Source of the DNA: an uncultured Acidimicrobiales bacterium
GTDB taxonomy: Bacteria > Actinomycetota > Acidimicrobiia > Acidimicrobiales > VFJN01
Reading direction: 5' to 3'
Assembly: GCA_963842015.1 (NCBI GenBank)
Contig: CAWJFG010000019.1
Span: forward strand, 453,297 to 517,296
Length of the DNA stretch: 64,000 nucleotides
The position numbers and the translations under genes are program-made. The notes under the pieces are model-generated. The model saw nothing but the letters and a program-made list of their open reading frames with translations. It was not told the DNA's origin and did not search any database. How positions within the stretch are numbered: the stretch's first letter is position 1; each line of letters starts with the position of its first letter. This document shows, piece by piece, positions 62,068 through 64,000 of the stretch.

Positions 62068-62802
62068 GTGACCACCCGCATCAACATCGGCACACCCACG
62101 CAGTACGACTTCGCACTTCCGCGGGTGCGCCACGAGCTGAGCCGGCCGTTCCTGCCGGAAGGCGGCGGCCGCCTGCTCGACTTCGGGTGCGGCAACGGGG
62201 CGAACACGGCGCTGTACGCCGACGAGTTCGCCTCGATCGACGGCGTGGACGTCGAGCAGGAGCGGGTCGACGAGGCCACGGCGGCCGCGGCCGACCTGGG
62301 CATCGACAACGTCACCTACCGCACCTACGACGGCGACCTGCTGCCGTTCGACGACGAGACCTTCGATCACCTGACGTCGTACGAGGTGCTCGAGCACACG
62401 AACGACGACGCGGCGTCGCTCGCCGAGATCCGCCGCGTCCTGCGGCCCGGGGCGGCGATCACGATCTCGGTGCCGAACAAGTGGTACCTGATGGAGACCC
62501 ACGGCTTCGACCTGCCCCCCTCATGGATGAAGTGGAACCGGGTGCCGTTCCTGTCGTGGCTCCCCACGTCGGTGCACGAGCGCTACGCCCAGGCCCGCAT
62601 CTACTCGAAGCGCCGCATCCTCGACCTTCTCGACGCGTCGGGGTTCGACGTGCTGGCACACGACTACGTCATGCCGCCGTTCGACAAGGTGCAGCGGCCC
62701 GCGGTCAAGCGCTCCCTCGATCGCACGTTCACCGCCATCGAGCGCTCCCCGTTGCGGGTCGTCGGCGTCGCCCACTTCATCGCGGCGCGCAAGCGGGCCT
62801 GA
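62068..62802 (+). CDS. class I SAM-dependent methyltransferase (intact)
   Basis: Lies within ORF 61855..62802(+). The GTG at 62068 is 7 nt after AAGAGGAGA. Supporting sequence: RLLDFGCGNGANT, FDHLTSYEVLEHTNDD, LRPGAAITISVPNKWYLMETHGF. Confidence 0.75.
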   Translation: MTTRINIGTPTQYDFALPRVRHELSRPFLPEGGGRLLDFGCGNGANTALYADEFASIDGVDVEQERVDEATAAAADLGIDNVTYRTYDGDLLPFDDETFDHLTSYEVLEHTNDDAASLAEIRRVLRPGAAITISVPNKWYLMETHGFDLPPSWMKWNRVPFLSWLPTSVHERYAQARIYSKRRILDLLDASGFDVLAHDYVMPPFDKVQRPAVKRSLDRTFTAIERSPLRVVGVAHFIAARKRA

Positions 62803-62840
62803 GCCGGCGGCCGGGGCGCCGGCCGAGCAGCGCAGAGCGC

Positions 62841-64000
62841 TCAGGGCACGTCGAGGTTGGCCGCCGCGCTGCGGCCGAACGCCCGCCCCGCGTACCACCA
62901 CATCCAGTCCTGGCCCGGTGACGTGTACCAGTAGACGTCGCCACCCCCGTCGGCGTCGAAGTCGCCCGACACGGGCCGGAACGACCCTCCTGCCGCCGGG
63001 GTGGCCGACGACGTGAAGCGCCGGGCGTTCGCCCGCCACAGGTAGTCGCCCGCGCTGCCGGGCGAGTACCACAGGATGTCGTCGTCGCCGTCGCGGTCGA
63101 AGTCGTCGGCCGTCGTGCGGAACGAACGGTTCACCGCGGGCACCGTCGCGCCGACGAACAGCCCGTTGCCGCGGCTGCCCCAGACGAAGTCCCGCCCGGA
63201 GTTCGGCGTGTACCACACGATGTCGTCATCGCCGTCGCCGTCGTAGTCGCCGGGGACCGGCCGGAACCCCGCCCCAGCCGAGTTGGTGACCATCGAGCGG
63301 AACGCCCCGCCGCTCGTTGCCAGCCAGATGAAGTCGCGGCCCGAGTTCGGCGAGTACCAGAAGATGTCGTCGTCCCCGTCGCCGTCGAAGTCCCCGGGGA
63401 ACGGCACGAAGCCAGACCCCGCGGCCGGGGCGCGCACCGACAGGAACGTGCCGTCGCCCCGACTGCGCCACAGGTACTCGACGCCGACGCCCCGCGCATA
63501 CCAGAAGATGTCGTCGTAGCCGTTGCGATCGAAGTCTCCGGCGAACGGCGTGAACGCCGCGGTCCCGGTGGTCCCGAACTGGCGCACCGCGGTGAACCCG
63601 CCTCCACCGCCCGCGATCAGACGGTCGTTGAGCAGACCGGGTTGCCGCACGTACACGTCTTCGGCCGCGCTCCCCACGAAGTTGCCGGCCATCGGGATGC
63701 CCGTCGCAACGTAGGCCGGGTACCCGGCGGCGGCACGACTGCGGATGGCGCCGAGCTGCGCGTACAGGTAGCGCCCCGGGCACGCGGTCGACCCGACGTC
63801 GCGATGGCCGACGATCCGATTCATCCGGACCGTGCTGCCGGGCGGGAACTTCGGGCTGCCCGTGCTCGTCCGGTAGGTCACCGCCGTGCGGGGGTCGACC
63901 CGGTGGACGCCGAACTTCCACGCCAGCAGCCCGCCCACGGCGTTGACCGACGCGCCCGTCGGCCCCGCCGACTCGAAGTTGCCCAGAACCACGACACCCG
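62841..64000 (-). CDS. N-acetylmuramoyl-L-alanine amidase (PGRP/amidase_2-like) fused to FG-GAP/VCBS-type repeats; N-terminus lies outside the window
   Basis: ORF 62841..63992(-), which stays open to the window edge. The amidase tail reads IVGHRDVGSTACPGRYLY. It is followed by repeats with DFDGDGDDDIFWY-type Ca-binding loops. Confidence 0.7.
   Translation of the reverse strand, partial: GVVVLGNFESAGPTGASVNAVGGLLAWKFGVHRVDPRTAVTYRTSTGSPKFPPGSTVRMNRIVGHRDVGSTACPGRYLYAQLGAIRSRAAAGYPAYVATGIPMAGNFVGSAAEDVYVRQPGLLNDRLIAGGGGGFTAVRQFGTTGTAAFTPFAGDFDRNGYDDIFWYARGVGVEYLWRSRGDGTFLSVRAPAAGSGFVPFPGDFDGDGDDDIFWYSPNSGRDFIWLATSGGAFRSMVTNSAGAGFRPVPGDYDGDGDDDIVWYTPNSGRDFVWGSRGNGLFVGATVPAVNRSFRTTADDFDRDGDDDILWYSPGSAGDYLWRANARRFTSSATPAAGGSFRPVSGDFDADGGGDVYWYTSPGQDWMWWYAGRAFGRSAAANLDVP
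62844..63698 (-). repeat. six tandem repeats of about 48 aa (about 144 nt) of FG-GAP-like type inside the amidase gene
   Basis: The repeat units start at about residues 99, 147, 195, 243, 291 and 338 of the ORF. The core pattern is F.P..GD(F/Y)D(G/R)DG.DDI.WY.P.....(F/Y).W. Confidence 0.7.

Overview
This is a 64-kb, very GC-rich (by eye above 70 %) actinobacterial chromosome segment. I saw no rRNA, tRNA, CRISPR array, transposase or integrase. Cell-envelope glycan biosynthesis dominates. The nucleotide-sugar genes are a GDP-mannose pyrophosphorylase type enzyme, GDP-fucose synthase, UDP-glucose dehydrogenase, UDP-xylose synthase and RmlB/RmlD. A dprE2 / PRPP-transferase / dprE1 operon should make a polyprenyl-phospho-pentofuranose donor. 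There are also at least 12 glycosyltransferases (GT2, GT4, GT-C-like), a Wzm/Wzt ABC exporter, 8 methyltransferases, 2 pyruvyl-transferase-like genes and 3 UPF0104 flippase-like proteins. These are interleaved with a housekeeping backbone: acyl-CoA dehydrogenase, pabB/pabC, birA, accA, an LpdA-like flavoprotein, FetAB, and methylmalonyl-CoA mutase with MeaB. The most striking sequence-level observation is positional. Positions 1-14.8 kb and 61.2-64 kb read as clean ORFs. From 15.7 kb on, and massively between about 37 and 57 kb, homology-supported genes are chopped into frame segments by single-base indels. I call those genes pseudogene (real decay or assembly/consensus error cannot be told apart from the sequence alone), and their coordinates are approximate. 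Other points of interest: a 1.1-kb DUF559 cassette bracketed by two copies of a 47-48 bp palindrome; an SDR epimerase lacking the YxxxK dyad; a mutB...meaB pair split by a glycosylation module; repeated GT / methyltransferase / UPF0104 modules; and a Wzt with a C-terminal glycan-binding-like domain next to a coiled-coil pyruvyl transferase. All family assignments come from my own reading of the translations; no database search was run.
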